This document shows, in pieces, positions 47,755 to 58,100 of a stretch of DNA of 64,000 nucleotides. This DNA comes from an uncultured Bordetella sp. (GTDB lineage Bacteria > Pseudomonadota > Gammaproteobacteria > Burkholderiales > Burkholderiaceae_E): positions 33,291 through 97,290 of the forward strand of contig CAZORB010000001.1 of the NCBI GenBank assembly GCA_964581825.1, read 5' to 3'. The notes beneath the pieces were generated by a model. That model did not search any database. It had not been told where the DNA came from and saw only the letters and a program-made list of their open reading frames with translations. Position 1 is the first letter of the stretch, and the number at the start of each line of letters is the position of its first letter. Position numbers and translations under genes: made by a program.

Positions 47755-48243
47755 TCAGGCCAGATCTGGCCCGATGGCGGCGCGCAGAAACACGGGCGAC
47801 TCATGATCGGAGGCCCGACTCACCAGCCATACCAGACTGCCCTTTCTGACCGTCCAGCGCTGGGGCGCCTGCGCTGCGCCCAGCGCGAGGCTGAATGCCT
47901 CGCCGAGCGACGGCTGGTGCCCCACGATCAACACATGGCGATGCCTGCCTTCGCTTGCCTCGTGGCCCGGCCAACCTGCCACCTCCAGCACGTCAGCGCC
48001 CGAGGCTCCTGGCAACAGCCGTTCATCGAGCCGGACCTTCAGCGCGAGCGCATCGGCGGTTTCGCGGGCGCGCGGCGCGGGGCTGCTGAGAACCAGGCAG
48101 CGTTCAGGAAGCCTTGACTGAAGCCAGCGAGCGACTCTCGCGGCCTGACGACGTCCACGATCAGTCAGGTGCCGATCAAGATCGGCCTGCGGATCAGCGA
48201 CCGAATCGCCAGCATCCGCATGTCGCCACAAAATCAGTTCCAT
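47755..48243 (-). CDS. sixA: Phosphohistidine phosphatase SixA
   Basis: MELILWRHADAG (RH catalytic motif) and VLIVGHQPSLGE. An alternative ATG lies at 48264. Confidence 0.85.
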   Translation of the reverse strand: MELILWRHADAGDSVADPQADLDRHLTDRGRRQAARVARWLQSRLPERCLVLSSPAPRARETADALALKVRLDERLLPGASGADVLEVAGWPGHEASEGRHRHVLIVGHQPSLGEAFSLALGAAQAPQRWTVRKGSLVWLVSRASDHESPVFLRAAIGPDLA

Positions 48244-48290
48244 TCCCGCGCAGGCCTGCGTCATAAAACGAGTAACGTCGCGCGCGAAGA

Positions 48291-49071
<781 letters not shown>

Positions 49072-49085
49072 GACAGGGTTCCTCG

Positions 49086-49727
49086 TCAGCCAATACTGGC
49101 CCGGCGCAGCAGATGATAATGGACCTGGCCCGCGCGTCCGGCGCGCTCAATCTGCCATGGCTGCGGCACAGGGTTAAACGCACGATCGGATTCCACGTAG
49201 ATCAAACCCGCATCGGCGACACAGGCTTCGATCTCTGGCCACAGGCGCGTCACCCAATTTTCTGAGAACGGTGGGTCAAGAAACACCAGATCAAAGCGGG
49301 GCTCATTGCGTGCCGTCAAATCGCTGAGCGCGCGCTGCGCATCGGCTTCAATCAGTTCCACGCGCTCGCCCGCCGCCAGTTTCGATAGCGCCTGCGCAAT
49401 CAGGCGGGATGCAGCCCGATCGCGCTCAACCAGGACAACGCGCGCCGCGCCGCGCGACGCAGCCTCCAGGCCCAACGCACCGCTTCCTGCAAACAGATCC
49501 AGGCAATGCCAGCCTTCAAGCGACTGTCCGAGCCAGTTAAACAAGGTCTCCCGAACGCGGTCGGGGGTGGGCCGAAGCCCGGGTACCGCGGGCACCTGAA
49601 GCGGCGTTCGTTTCCACTGTCCACCGATGATTCGCACTCGCCCCGGCGCTGCGGGCTGCGAAGGCCCACCCGATCCCTGGGGCGCGACCTTGGCCGGACG
49701 GGCCAAACGGTTCGAGGTTTTTGGCAC
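49086..49727 (-). CDS. rsmD: 16S rRNA (guanine966-N2)-methyltransferase
   Basis: RIIGGQWKRTPL, DLFAGSGALGLEAASRGA, and the DPPF motif (VFLDPPF). Confidence 0.9.
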   Translation of the reverse strand: MPKTSNRLARPAKVAPQGSGGPSQPAAPGRVRIIGGQWKRTPLQVPAVPGLRPTPDRVRETLFNWLGQSLEGWHCLDLFAGSGALGLEAASRGAARVVLVERDRAASRLIAQALSKLAAGERVELIEADAQRALSDLTARNEPRFDLVFLDPPFSENWVTRLWPEIEACVADAGLIYVESDRAFNPVPQPWQIERAGRAGQVHYHLLRRASIG

Positions 49728-49734
49728 CTGGCTC

Positions 49735-51093
49735 TCAGCGGCCAGGCGAAGAACCCGCTGGCGGCGCGCCCACCACCACCGTCACCAGCGCGTCGGGCCG
49801 GATTCGACGAGCAAAGGCCGAACGCACGTCTTCGAGACTGACCGCCTCGACACGCTGGGTCCAGCGCTCAAGCCAGTCAAGCGGCAGGCCGTAAAAGCCG
49901 ATGGCCGAGAGCTGGGCCAGGATCTTGGCGTTCGAGTCGATTCGCAGCGCAAAGCCGCCAACCAGATTGGACTTGGCCGCTGCAAGCTCTTCGGCGCTAG
50001 GGCCATCGCGAACAAATCGCTCGATGACCTCGCGCACCACACCGACCGCCTGATCGGCCTGATCTTTTCGAGTCTGCAGGCCCACCGTAAAGGGCCCCGG
50101 CTGCACCTGCGGCGAGAAATACGAAGAGACGCTGTAGACCAGCCCGCGCTTCTCCCGGACCTCGCCATACAGGCGCGACACAAAACCGCCTCCGCCCAGC
50201 ACATAGTTACCGACAGTGAGCGCAAAAAAATCCGGGTCGCCGCGCGCAATTCCGCGAAGGCCCATCAGGATATGACTCTGCGAGGCCGGGTGTTCGAGGC
50301 GTCGCTCGAGTTGCTGAGGCAGGGCACCCATCGCGGCCAGTGGCGGCGATGCAATGCCAGCGGGCAGCCCACGCGTGAGTTCCTCCGCGATCGCGGCGGC
50401 CCGCTCGCGGGGCACCGCGCCGATCATTGAAATGACCGCTCGACGCGCCGCATAGTGGTCGGTATGAAACTGCACCAGATCGTCGCGAGTCATTGCTGAA
50501 ATAGTGTCGGGATCTGCGTGGCGGCCATAGGGATGGTCTGCGTACAGCAGCGAATCAAAATTACGACGCACAATCGTCTCAGGCCGTACCGCCGATTCGC
50601 GCAGGCTCGCGATCACACGAGCCTTCTCGCGTTCAAGTACCGGCTGTGGAAAGCTTGGCTGCGCAAGCAGGCGCGCCAGCAGGGCTACCGATTGCGACAG
50701 CTGCGGCTCGCTCGTAAGGCTGCGAAGCGACACGGATGCGCTGTCATCGCCCGCGCCACCGCCCCGAATCGCACCGGCGAGCGCGAACCGTTCGGCGATC
50801 GCTGCCTCATCGAGCTCGGCCGAACCTTTGGCAAGCAGTGCGTTGACCATCGAGGCAAGCCCCTGTCGATCGCGCGGCGACAGACGGTCACCCGCATCGA
50901 AGTCAATCTGCAGATCGAGCATCGGGATGGCATTGGCGCGCACGAACAGCACCCGCGTGCCGCTGGTGGTGGTCCACGACTCAATGGGCAACACCGCCCA
51001 GGCGGGCAGCGCCGCGAGCAAAGCGCAGAGCGCCGCCCATGCCCGCAGCCACGATGAAGCGAGCCGCCCAGACTGCTTGAAATGAAAACGCAT
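49735..51093 (-). CDS. M16-family peptidase, non-catalytic subunit type
   Basis: M16 fold and a signal peptide. The zinc-motif position reads GLASMVNALLAKGS, with no HxxEH. Confidence 0.85.
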   Translation of the reverse strand: MRFHFKQSGRLASSWLRAWAALCALLAALPAWAVLPIESWTTTSGTRVLFVRANAIPMLDLQIDFDAGDRLSPRDRQGLASMVNALLAKGSAELDEAAIAERFALAGAIRGGGAGDDSASVSLRSLTSEPQLSQSVALLARLLAQPSFPQPVLEREKARVIASLRESAVRPETIVRRNFDSLLYADHPYGRHADPDTISAMTRDDLVQFHTDHYAARRAVISMIGAVPRERAAAIAEELTRGLPAGIASPPLAAMGALPQQLERRLEHPASQSHILMGLRGIARGDPDFFALTVGNYVLGGGGFVSRLYGEVREKRGLVYSVSSYFSPQVQPGPFTVGLQTRKDQADQAVGVVREVIERFVRDGPSAEELAAAKSNLVGGFALRIDSNAKILAQLSAIGFYGLPLDWLERWTQRVEAVSLEDVRSAFARRIRPDALVTVVVGAPPAGSSPGR

Positions 51094-51095
51094 GA

Positions 51096-52499
51096 TCAGT
51101 GCCGCCCGGAAAAACCACGTTGCGCCGGACGCGCACCCGACAGCGGCTGCGGATCGAGCGTCACCACGGTGAGTGCATCATCGCCAAAGTAGCGGGCCGC
51201 GACCGCTTTCACATCATCGCTCGTCACTGCGCGTACGCGCTCGAGCAACCGATCGGCATCCGCGTGCGACAGGCCGGACATCTCGAGGCCAGCCAGTTCC
51301 ATTGCCTGCGACATCAACGAGTCACGCTGATACACACGCGAGGCCACGTAGCCGATCCGGATTCTTTCCAGCTCACGCTCGTCGACCCCGTCAGCCGCAA
51401 CGCGGGCAATCTGCTCACGCAAGGCCTTCTGAACCTCCGCCACGGTGCGCCCGGCAGCCGGAACGCCACTGAGCGTAAACAGCCCTGGGCCACGACCGGT
51501 GAGGCCATAGCCCGCACCGGCGCTGTCGGCGATCCGCTGTTGTCGCACTAACTCCCGCGTGAAGCGGCCATTCTCGTCGCCAGCCAGCACTTCGGACAGC
51601 ATTTCGAGCGCATAGGGCTCGATGCTGCCGTCGATCCGCTCTAGCCTGGGCACACGGAATCCCATCAGCAGGAAAGCGGTTTCGGCGGGTGCCTTGACCA
51701 CCGCGGTGCGCAGACCCATCTGCTGCGGCTCATCCTGGGGCTTTCTTGCAGGCAGGGCGCGAGGCACGATCCCACCGTAGTGCCGCTCGGCAAGCGCAAA
51801 GACATCGGCAGCCGATACATCGCCCACCACCACCAGGGTCGCGTTGCCTGGCGCATACCAGGTGCGGTACCACTCCTCGAGATCGGGCACGGTCATGGAC
51901 TGCAGATCACTCATCCAGCCGATGACCGGCTGGCGATAGGGCGAGGCGCTAAACGCCACGGCCATCAACTGCTCGAAGACCCGGGCGCGGGCACGGTCCT
52001 CGGTGCGCAGCCGGCGCTCTTCGATGACCACCTCGCGCTCGGTGGCAAAGGCCTCGGCGGACAGCACCAGGTTTGTCATGCGATCCGCCTCGAGCGCCAT
52101 CACCTCGGACAGGCGTTTGGAGGGAATCTGCTGAAAGTATCCGGTGTAGTCGCGGGTGGTGAAGGCGTTTTCACGACCACCCATCGCTGCGACTCGGCGG
52201 GAAAACTCCCCTGACGGGACCGTCCGCGTTCCCTTGAACATCATGTGCTCGAGCGCGTGTGCGACACCGGTTCGGCCGTTGACTTCATCGACCGACCCCG
52301 CTCGATAAGCAATCAGATGCACCACCGTCGGGGCGCGCCGATCTTCCTTCACCAGGACTTTCAGCCCGTTGGCGAGGACGCGCTCCTGGGCAAGCTCACC
52401 AGACGCATGGGCGAGACCCGGCCAAGCGAGCCCGACTGCAACAACGAGACCGAATATGGCCTGCAGCACGCGGGGAAAGTTCAGCGGTGATGAATTCAC
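51096..52499 (-). CDS. M16-family zinc peptidase, catalytic subunit type
   Basis: Inverted zinc motif GVAHALEHMMFKGT (HxxEH) and a signal peptide ending LAHA. GTG start. Confidence 0.88.
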   Translation of the reverse strand: MNSSPLNFPRVLQAIFGLVVAVGLAWPGLAHASGELAQERVLANGLKVLVKEDRRAPTVVHLIAYRAGSVDEVNGRTGVAHALEHMMFKGTRTVPSGEFSRRVAAMGGRENAFTTRDYTGYFQQIPSKRLSEVMALEADRMTNLVLSAEAFATEREVVIEERRLRTEDRARARVFEQLMAVAFSASPYRQPVIGWMSDLQSMTVPDLEEWYRTWYAPGNATLVVVGDVSAADVFALAERHYGGIVPRALPARKPQDEPQQMGLRTAVVKAPAETAFLLMGFRVPRLERIDGSIEPYALEMLSEVLAGDENGRFTRELVRQQRIADSAGAGYGLTGRGPGLFTLSGVPAAGRTVAEVQKALREQIARVAADGVDERELERIRIGYVASRVYQRDSLMSQAMELAGLEMSGLSHADADRLLERVRAVTSDDVKAVAARYFGDDALTVVTLDPQPLSGARPAQRGFSGRH

Positions 52500-52538
52500 G
52501 GGTGGGGGCGGGGCTAGAATGGAGGATTGAGTGTAGCT

Positions 52539-53690
52539 ATGTTCGGTTTCTTTCGTCGCAAAAAGTCCCCACCCCCGGCAAGCCCAGATGCGTCCGCGCA
52601 GGTGGCGGCATCGGTCGCGTCCGCCTCGGATGCTGCTGCAGCCGCGCCAGGCGCCAACTCATCTTCGTCGGCTGCCGCCATGCCGGCTGTCGTCTCGGCC
52701 GGTCCTGCTTCGCCCGCTCAACCGAAAGCGCCCGAACCCGTCGTCGCGCCTCCAGCGGTGGCCGAGACGCCGGCTGCGCCGTCGCGCGCCTCCTGGTTTT
52801 CCAGGCTGAGCGCTGGGCTTGCCCGTACACGCAACAACCTCACGGCGCTGTTTGTAGGCGCGCCCGTCGATGAGGCGCTTTTTGAAGAACTCGAGACCGC
52901 GCTTCTTACCAGCGACGCTGGTGTGTCAGCCACCCAATGGCTACTCGATACGCTGCGACGGTCGGTTCGGGAGCGCCGGATCACCGACGCGTCCGAGGTG
53001 CGCGCCTGCCTGCGAACGCTGATTGCCGACCTGATGCGGCCGTTCGAGCGGGGCATTGATATCGACCGCGCCCAGCCCGTAGTCATGATGGTGGCTGGCG
53101 TCAACGGCGCGGGCAAAACCACAACCATCGGCAAGCTCGCGCGCCACCTGCAGCGGGAGGGGAAGTCGGTGCTGCTCGCGGCGGGCGATACCTTCCGCGC
53201 GGCGGCGCGAGAGCAGCTGGCCCAATGGGGCGCGCGCAACTCGGTCGATGTCATCGCGCAGCAGGGCGGCGACCCGGCGGCAGTCGCGTTCGACTCGGTG
53301 AGCGCGGCGCAGGCCCGCGGCGTGGGTGTTGTCATGATTGACACTGCCGGGCGTCTGCCAACCCAGCTTCACCTCATGGAGGAGCTCCGCAAAGTCAAGC
53401 GCGTGATCGGCAAGGCCATGGAAGGCGCGCCGCATGAGGTTCTGCTGGTGCTCGATGGCAATACCGGGCAGAACATGCTCGCCCAGGTCGCCGCGTTCGA
53501 TGAGGCGCTTGCGCTCACCGGGCTCATCGTTACCAAGCTTGACGGTACCGCCAAGGGCGGCGCGCTGGTAGCGCTGGCCCACACCCGCCGGGACCGGCCG
53601 ATCCCGGTGGTCTTTATCGGGGTAGGCGAGGCGCCTGAAGATCTGGAAGGGTTCAGTGCCGACGAATTTGCCGCAGCGCTGATTGGCTGA
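52539..53690 (+). CDS. ftsY: Signal recognition particle receptor FtsY
   Basis: MFGFFRRKK start, an Ala/Pro/Ser-rich A-domain, and the NG domain with GVNGAGKTTTIGK and DTAGR. GGAGG lies upstream. Confidence 0.95.
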   Translation: MFGFFRRKKSPPPASPDASAQVAASVASASDAAAAAPGANSSSSAAAMPAVVSAGPASPAQPKAPEPVVAPPAVAETPAAPSRASWFSRLSAGLARTRNNLTALFVGAPVDEALFEELETALLTSDAGVSATQWLLDTLRRSVRERRITDASEVRACLRTLIADLMRPFERGIDIDRAQPVVMMVAGVNGAGKTTTIGKLARHLQREGKSVLLAAGDTFRAAAREQLAQWGARNSVDVIAQQGGDPAAVAFDSVSAAQARGVGVVMIDTAGRLPTQLHLMEELRKVKRVIGKAMEGAPHEVLLVLDGNTGQNMLAQVAAFDEALALTGLIVTKLDGTAKGGALVALAHTRRDRPIPVVFIGVGEAPEDLEGFSADEFAAALIG

Positions 53691-53759
53691 GCATCAGCCG
53701 GTTGCACCGCGTTTGTGATCTCAATCACGGACCGGTAACAAGGCTTTACAACCCAGGAC

Positions 53760-53791
53760 TAGCACTCGCCGATGACGAGTGCTAACATTTT
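53760..53791 (+). terminator. Hairpin plus short T-tract between ftsY and rpoH
   Basis: TAGCACTCG (53760-53768) pairs perfectly with CGAGTGCTA (53776-53784), followed by ACATTTTG. Confidence 0.45.
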
Positions 53792-53853
53792 GATGACTGG
53801 CGAGTCAGGAACCGTCCGGATCCGTCGCCGGCCACCCCTGAGGAATGCTCACT

Positions 53854-54747
53854 ATGTCCTGGAATTCGACTGCACTCGTGCCGAGTGGCGCCGCCGGCGC
53901 GGCCGTCGCGCTGCCGCCAGTCGGAAACATCGACGCGTACATCTCGGCAGTCAACCGCCTGCCGATGCTCTCCGCCGAGCACGAGTCCGAACTCGCCCGG
54001 CGGTTCCGCGAAGACAACGACCTTGAGGCCGCCCGCGAGCTGGTGATGTCGCACCTGCGCCTGGTGGTGTCGGTGGCACGCCAGTATCTAGGCTACGGTC
54101 TGCCCCATGCTGACCTGATTCAGGAAGGCAATATCGGGCTGATGAAAGCCGTCAAGCGCTTCGATCCGGAGCGTGGCGTGCGTCTGGTGTCGTTTGCGCT
54201 GCACTGGATCAAAGCAGAAATCCACGAATACATTCTGCGTAACTGGCGGCTGGTTCGGGTTGCCACCACTAAGGCGCAGCGAAAGCTGTTTTTCAATCTG
54301 CGTTCGCACAAGGCGGGCAACCGGGCGCTCACCGGGTCTGAAATCGACGCGATCGCGCGCGAGCTGAACGTCCGCAATGTGGACGTGGTCGAGATGGAAA
54401 CCCGGCTCGCGGGTCAGGACCTGGCGCTCGAAGGGCAAACCGACGACGGCGAAGAGGACTTCGCACCGATTGCGTATCTGTCAGCGCCCGAGTCCGAACC
54501 GCTGCAGCGGCTGCAGGCCCGCGAATACGACCGGTTGCAGGGCGAAGGTCTGGCCCAGGCGCTCGAATCGCTTGATGCGCGCAGCCGACGGATCATCGAG
54601 ACCCGCTGGTTACGCGACGACTCCGAGGGTGGTGCCATGACACTGCATGAGCTCGCCGACGAGTTCGGCGTATCCGCCGAGCGGATTCGTCAAATCGAAG
54701 TCAAAGCCCTTCAGAAAATGAAGACTGCGCTCGCCGCGTTTGCCTGA
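53854..54747 (+). CDS. rpoH: RNA polymerase sigma-32 (heat shock)
   Basis: LPMLSAEHESELARRF, the RpoB-box-like QRKLFFNLR, and GVSAERIRQIEVKALQKM. I prefer ATG 53854, which has TGAGGA 9 nt upstream. The alternative is ATG 53845. Confidence 0.95.
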   Translation: MSWNSTALVPSGAAGAAVALPPVGNIDAYISAVNRLPMLSAEHESELARRFREDNDLEAARELVMSHLRLVVSVARQYLGYGLPHADLIQEGNIGLMKAVKRFDPERGVRLVSFALHWIKAEIHEYILRNWRLVRVATTKAQRKLFFNLRSHKAGNRALTGSEIDAIARELNVRNVDVVEMETRLAGQDLALEGQTDDGEEDFAPIAYLSAPESEPLQRLQAREYDRLQGEGLAQALESLDARSRRIIETRWLRDDSEGGAMTLHELADEFGVSAERIRQIEVKALQKMKTALAAFA

Positions 54748-54759
54748 TCGGCGGGGTAT

Positions 54760-54785
54760 GCGGGCCCTGTTAACAGGTCCCCCGC
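54760..54785 (+). other. Palindromic hairpin 13 nt after the rpoH stop
   Basis: The perfect 12-bp palindrome CCTGTTAACAGG (54766-54777) is flanked by GCGGG/CCCGC arms. No T-tract follows. Confidence 0.5.
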
Positions 54786-54869
54786 CCTGCATGCGCGCCC
54801 GGCCTCTCCCCTCCTTACTCCACACCAACCGGCCCGGACACGCGCAAGCCTCGCGTAACGCGCTTAATT

Positions 54870-54909
54870 GCCGCCCCAAGGGAAAACCCTGGGCGGCATT
54901 TTCTTTTTT
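54870..54909 (+). terminator. Rho-independent terminator downstream of rpoH
   Basis: GCCGCCCCAAGGG-AAAA-CCCTGGGCGGC stem-loop followed by ATTTTCTTTTTT. Confidence 0.8.
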
Positions 54910-55012
54910 GGGCAGTAGGCGCAGAATCCCCCAGATTGATCCGGTTGTTGCCTTGACTTTGGCGCCCATCAAGCTACCCAGGTTTTCCGTGGGCTAGTTT
55001 CAGCACAGCGTC

Positions 55013-55077
55013 GGTCGAGACCAGCGGCAGGCTCGCAACCTATAACAAGAGTCGGTTAACCGACCGGTGTCTCGACC
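55013..55077 (+). promoter_or_regulatory. Nested inverted repeats in the fdnG leader/promoter region
   Basis: Outer arms GGTCGAGAC (55013-55021) and GTCTCGACC (55069-55077) enclose the perfect 14-bp palindrome GTCGGTTAACCGAC (55051-55064). The element ends 13 nt before the GGAGGAGG Shine-Dalgarno. Confidence 0.4.
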
Positions 55078-55108
55078 CAGTGGCCCTATCGGAGGAGGTT
55101 TCTACGTC

Positions 55109-58100
55109 ATGGACATGAACCGGAGGCAGTTCTTCCGGGTCAGCAGCGCGGGACTGATTGGTTCCAGTCTCGCAGCGCTCGGTTTCTCGCCTACCCAGGC
55201 GCTGGCCGAGACGCGTAATTTCAAGCTGGCTCGGACAACCGAGACTCGCAGCACCTGCCCGTATTGCTCGGTCAGCTGCGGGATGATCATGTACTCGCTT
55301 GGCGACAAGTCGAAGAACGTCAAGTCATCGATCATTCACGTCGAGGGCGACCCCGATCACCCGGTCAATCGCGGCACGCTGTGCCCGAAGGGCGCGGGCG
55401 TGATGGACATGATCCAGTCACCCAACCGGCTCAAGCAGCCGCAGGTGCGCGAACCAGGCGCAAAAGACTGGAAAACCATTTCCTGGGATGAGGCGCTTAC
55501 CCGCATTGCCCGGCACATGAAAGCCGATCGCGATGCCAACCTCATTCTGACGAACGCCGCGGGCGTCACGGTCAACCGCTGGAATACCACCGGTTTCCTC
55601 GTGTCTTCGGCGATCAGCAACGAATCGGGATATCTCTCCGTCAAGATGGCGCGCGGCCTGGGAATGGTCGCAGTCGACACGCAAGCGCGCATCTGACACG
55701 CACCGACGGTGTCCAGTCTGGGCCCGACATTCGGTCGCGGAGCGATGACCAACTCGTGGACGGATATCAAGAACACGGATCTGGTCCTGATCATGGGCGG
55801 CAACGCCGCTGAAGCGCACCCCTGCGGATTCAAATGGGTCACCGAGGCCCAGCAGCATCGCAAGGCCAAGCTGATCGTGGTCGACCCGCGCTTTACGCGC
55901 AGTGCGGCGGTGGCCGATTACTACGCGCCCATCCGCGTGGGCACTGATATCGCTTTCCTCGCAGGCGTCATCAACTACCTGCTCAGCAACAACAAGATTC
56001 ACCTCGACTACGTGAAGCTCAATACGGACGCGAGCTTCCTGGTTAAAGATGAATACGGTTTCAATAACGGCTTTTTCACCGGCTACAACGAAGGCTCGCG
56101 CAGCTACAACAAAGCCAGCTGGGGCTATCAGATGGGTCCCGACGGTTTTGTCAAAACCGACGACACGCTGCAGGATCCGCAGTGCGTGTTCCAGCTCATG
56201 CGCAAGCACTTCTCTCGCTACACGCCCGAACTGGTAAGTCGTATCACGGGCACACCGCGCGATCAGTTTATGAAGGTCGCCGAGATGATCGGCGAGACGT
56301 CAGCACCCGACAAGGTGATGACGATCATGTACGCGCTTGGTTGGACCCAGCACACCGTCGGTTCGCAGAACATCCGAACGATGGCGATGATCCAGCTGTT
56401 GCTTGGAAACGTGGGCCGGCCAGGCGGCGGAGTCAACGCGCTACGCGGACATGCGAATGTTCAGGGTGTCACCGACATGTGCGCGCTGCCGGAAAACCTG
56501 TCGGGTTACATCAACGCGCCTACTGATGCGGACGATACGCGCGCGAAGTATCTGGCTGCGCGTACTGGCAAGGCCCTGAGGCCCAACCAGATGGCGTTCA
56601 CCCAGAACCTGCCCAAGTGGCATACCAGCCTGATGAAGGCTTACTACGGTAACGCAGCCACCAAGGAAAACGACTTCGCCTACGACTGGGTACCCAAGCG
56701 CGACGGCGCCTATGACGTGCTGGCGATGTTTGAGCTTATGCATCAGGGCAAAATGAACGGCTTCCTCTGCCAGGGCTTCAATCCCCTTGCAGCGGTGCCG
56801 AACAAGAAAAAGCTCTCGGCAGGCCTTGCCAAGCTCAAGTACCTGGTGGTGTTCGATCCGCTCGAAACCGAGACCAGCGAGTTCTGGAAGAACTTCGGCC
56901 CCCTGAACGATGTCGATCCCACCAAGATCCGCACCGAAGTATTCCGGCTGCCGACCAGCTGCTTCGCCGAGGAAACCGGAACCTTTACCAACTCGAGCCG
57001 TGTCATCAGCTGGAAGGAGAAAGCGGTTGATCCGCCAGGGCAGTCCAAGGCCGACTCCGAAATCATCTCGCGGCTGTTTCTCAAAATCCGCGAGCTCTAC
57101 GCCAAGGATGGCGGCAAGCTTGCCGAACCAATCGCTGCGCTGACCTGGGACTATTCGAATCCGTCCTCGCCAGCGCCCGAAGAGGTGCTGCGCGAGATCA
57201 ACGGCCGCGCACTGGTGAACCTGCTCGCACCGCCCGATCCCAAAAACCCTGACGCGCCGCGTGCCGTTCAGGTCGCTGCGGGTACGCAGCTTGCCGGCTT
57301 TGCGCTGCTGCGCGATGACGGCAGCACCGCCTGCGGTAACTGGATCTACTGCGGTGCCTTCGGGCCCACCGGCAACCTCACGCAGCGGCGCGACACCAGC
57401 GATCCGACAGGCCTGGGCGTGTTTCCAGGCTGGGGATTCGCATGGCCTGCCAACCGGCGCCTGCTCTACAACCGGGCGAGTGCCGATGCACAGGGCAAGC
57501 CCTGGGATCCATCGCGAAAATATCTGGCCTGGAACGGCAGCTGGGCAGGCGGGGCCGACATTCCCGACATCCGCCCCGACGCCGCGCCGGAACAGAATGT
57601 CGGGCCGTTCATCATGAACCCCGAAGGCGTTGCACGGCTCTACGCGGTGGCCATGAATGAGGGCCCGTTCCCCGAGCACTATGAGCCTTTCGAAACCCCG
57701 GTAGGCGTCAACCTGATGTGCCCCACCAACCCGAAAGCCGTCAGCAATCCGGCTGCCCGGGTCTACAAGGGCGACATGGAAGCGTTCGGCAAGAAGGAGG
57801 AGTTCCCTTACGCGGCCACCACCTACCGGCTCACTGAGCATCTGCATTTCTGGACCAAGCACTCGCGCAGCAACGCCATCACGCAGCCCGCGCCGTTCGT
57901 CGAAATCGGCGAAGAGCTCGCACGCGAGAAGGGCATCAAGCAGGGCGATCGGGTCAAGGTCAAGTCGAACCGGGGCGAGGTGGTCGCAGCCTGCGTGGTC
58001 ACCAAGCGGATGAAGGCACTGGAGGTCAATGGCAAGAAGGTCCATCACGTCGGCATCCCCATTCACTGGGGCTTCAAGGGCGTTACGCAGAATGGCTATC

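Noticed and set aside
54910-55108. A Moco (molybdenum cofactor) riboswitch, or a canonical FNR box, upstream of fdnG.
   Set aside because: I could not find the conserved Moco-motif core that I recall (a CCUCCGAG-like segment plus an AAAGG-containing 3' part). The TTGAT (54936-54940) and ATCAA (54968-54972) halves are 27 nt apart rather than 4. Both ideas still deserve a covariance-model or matrix scan, which I cannot run.
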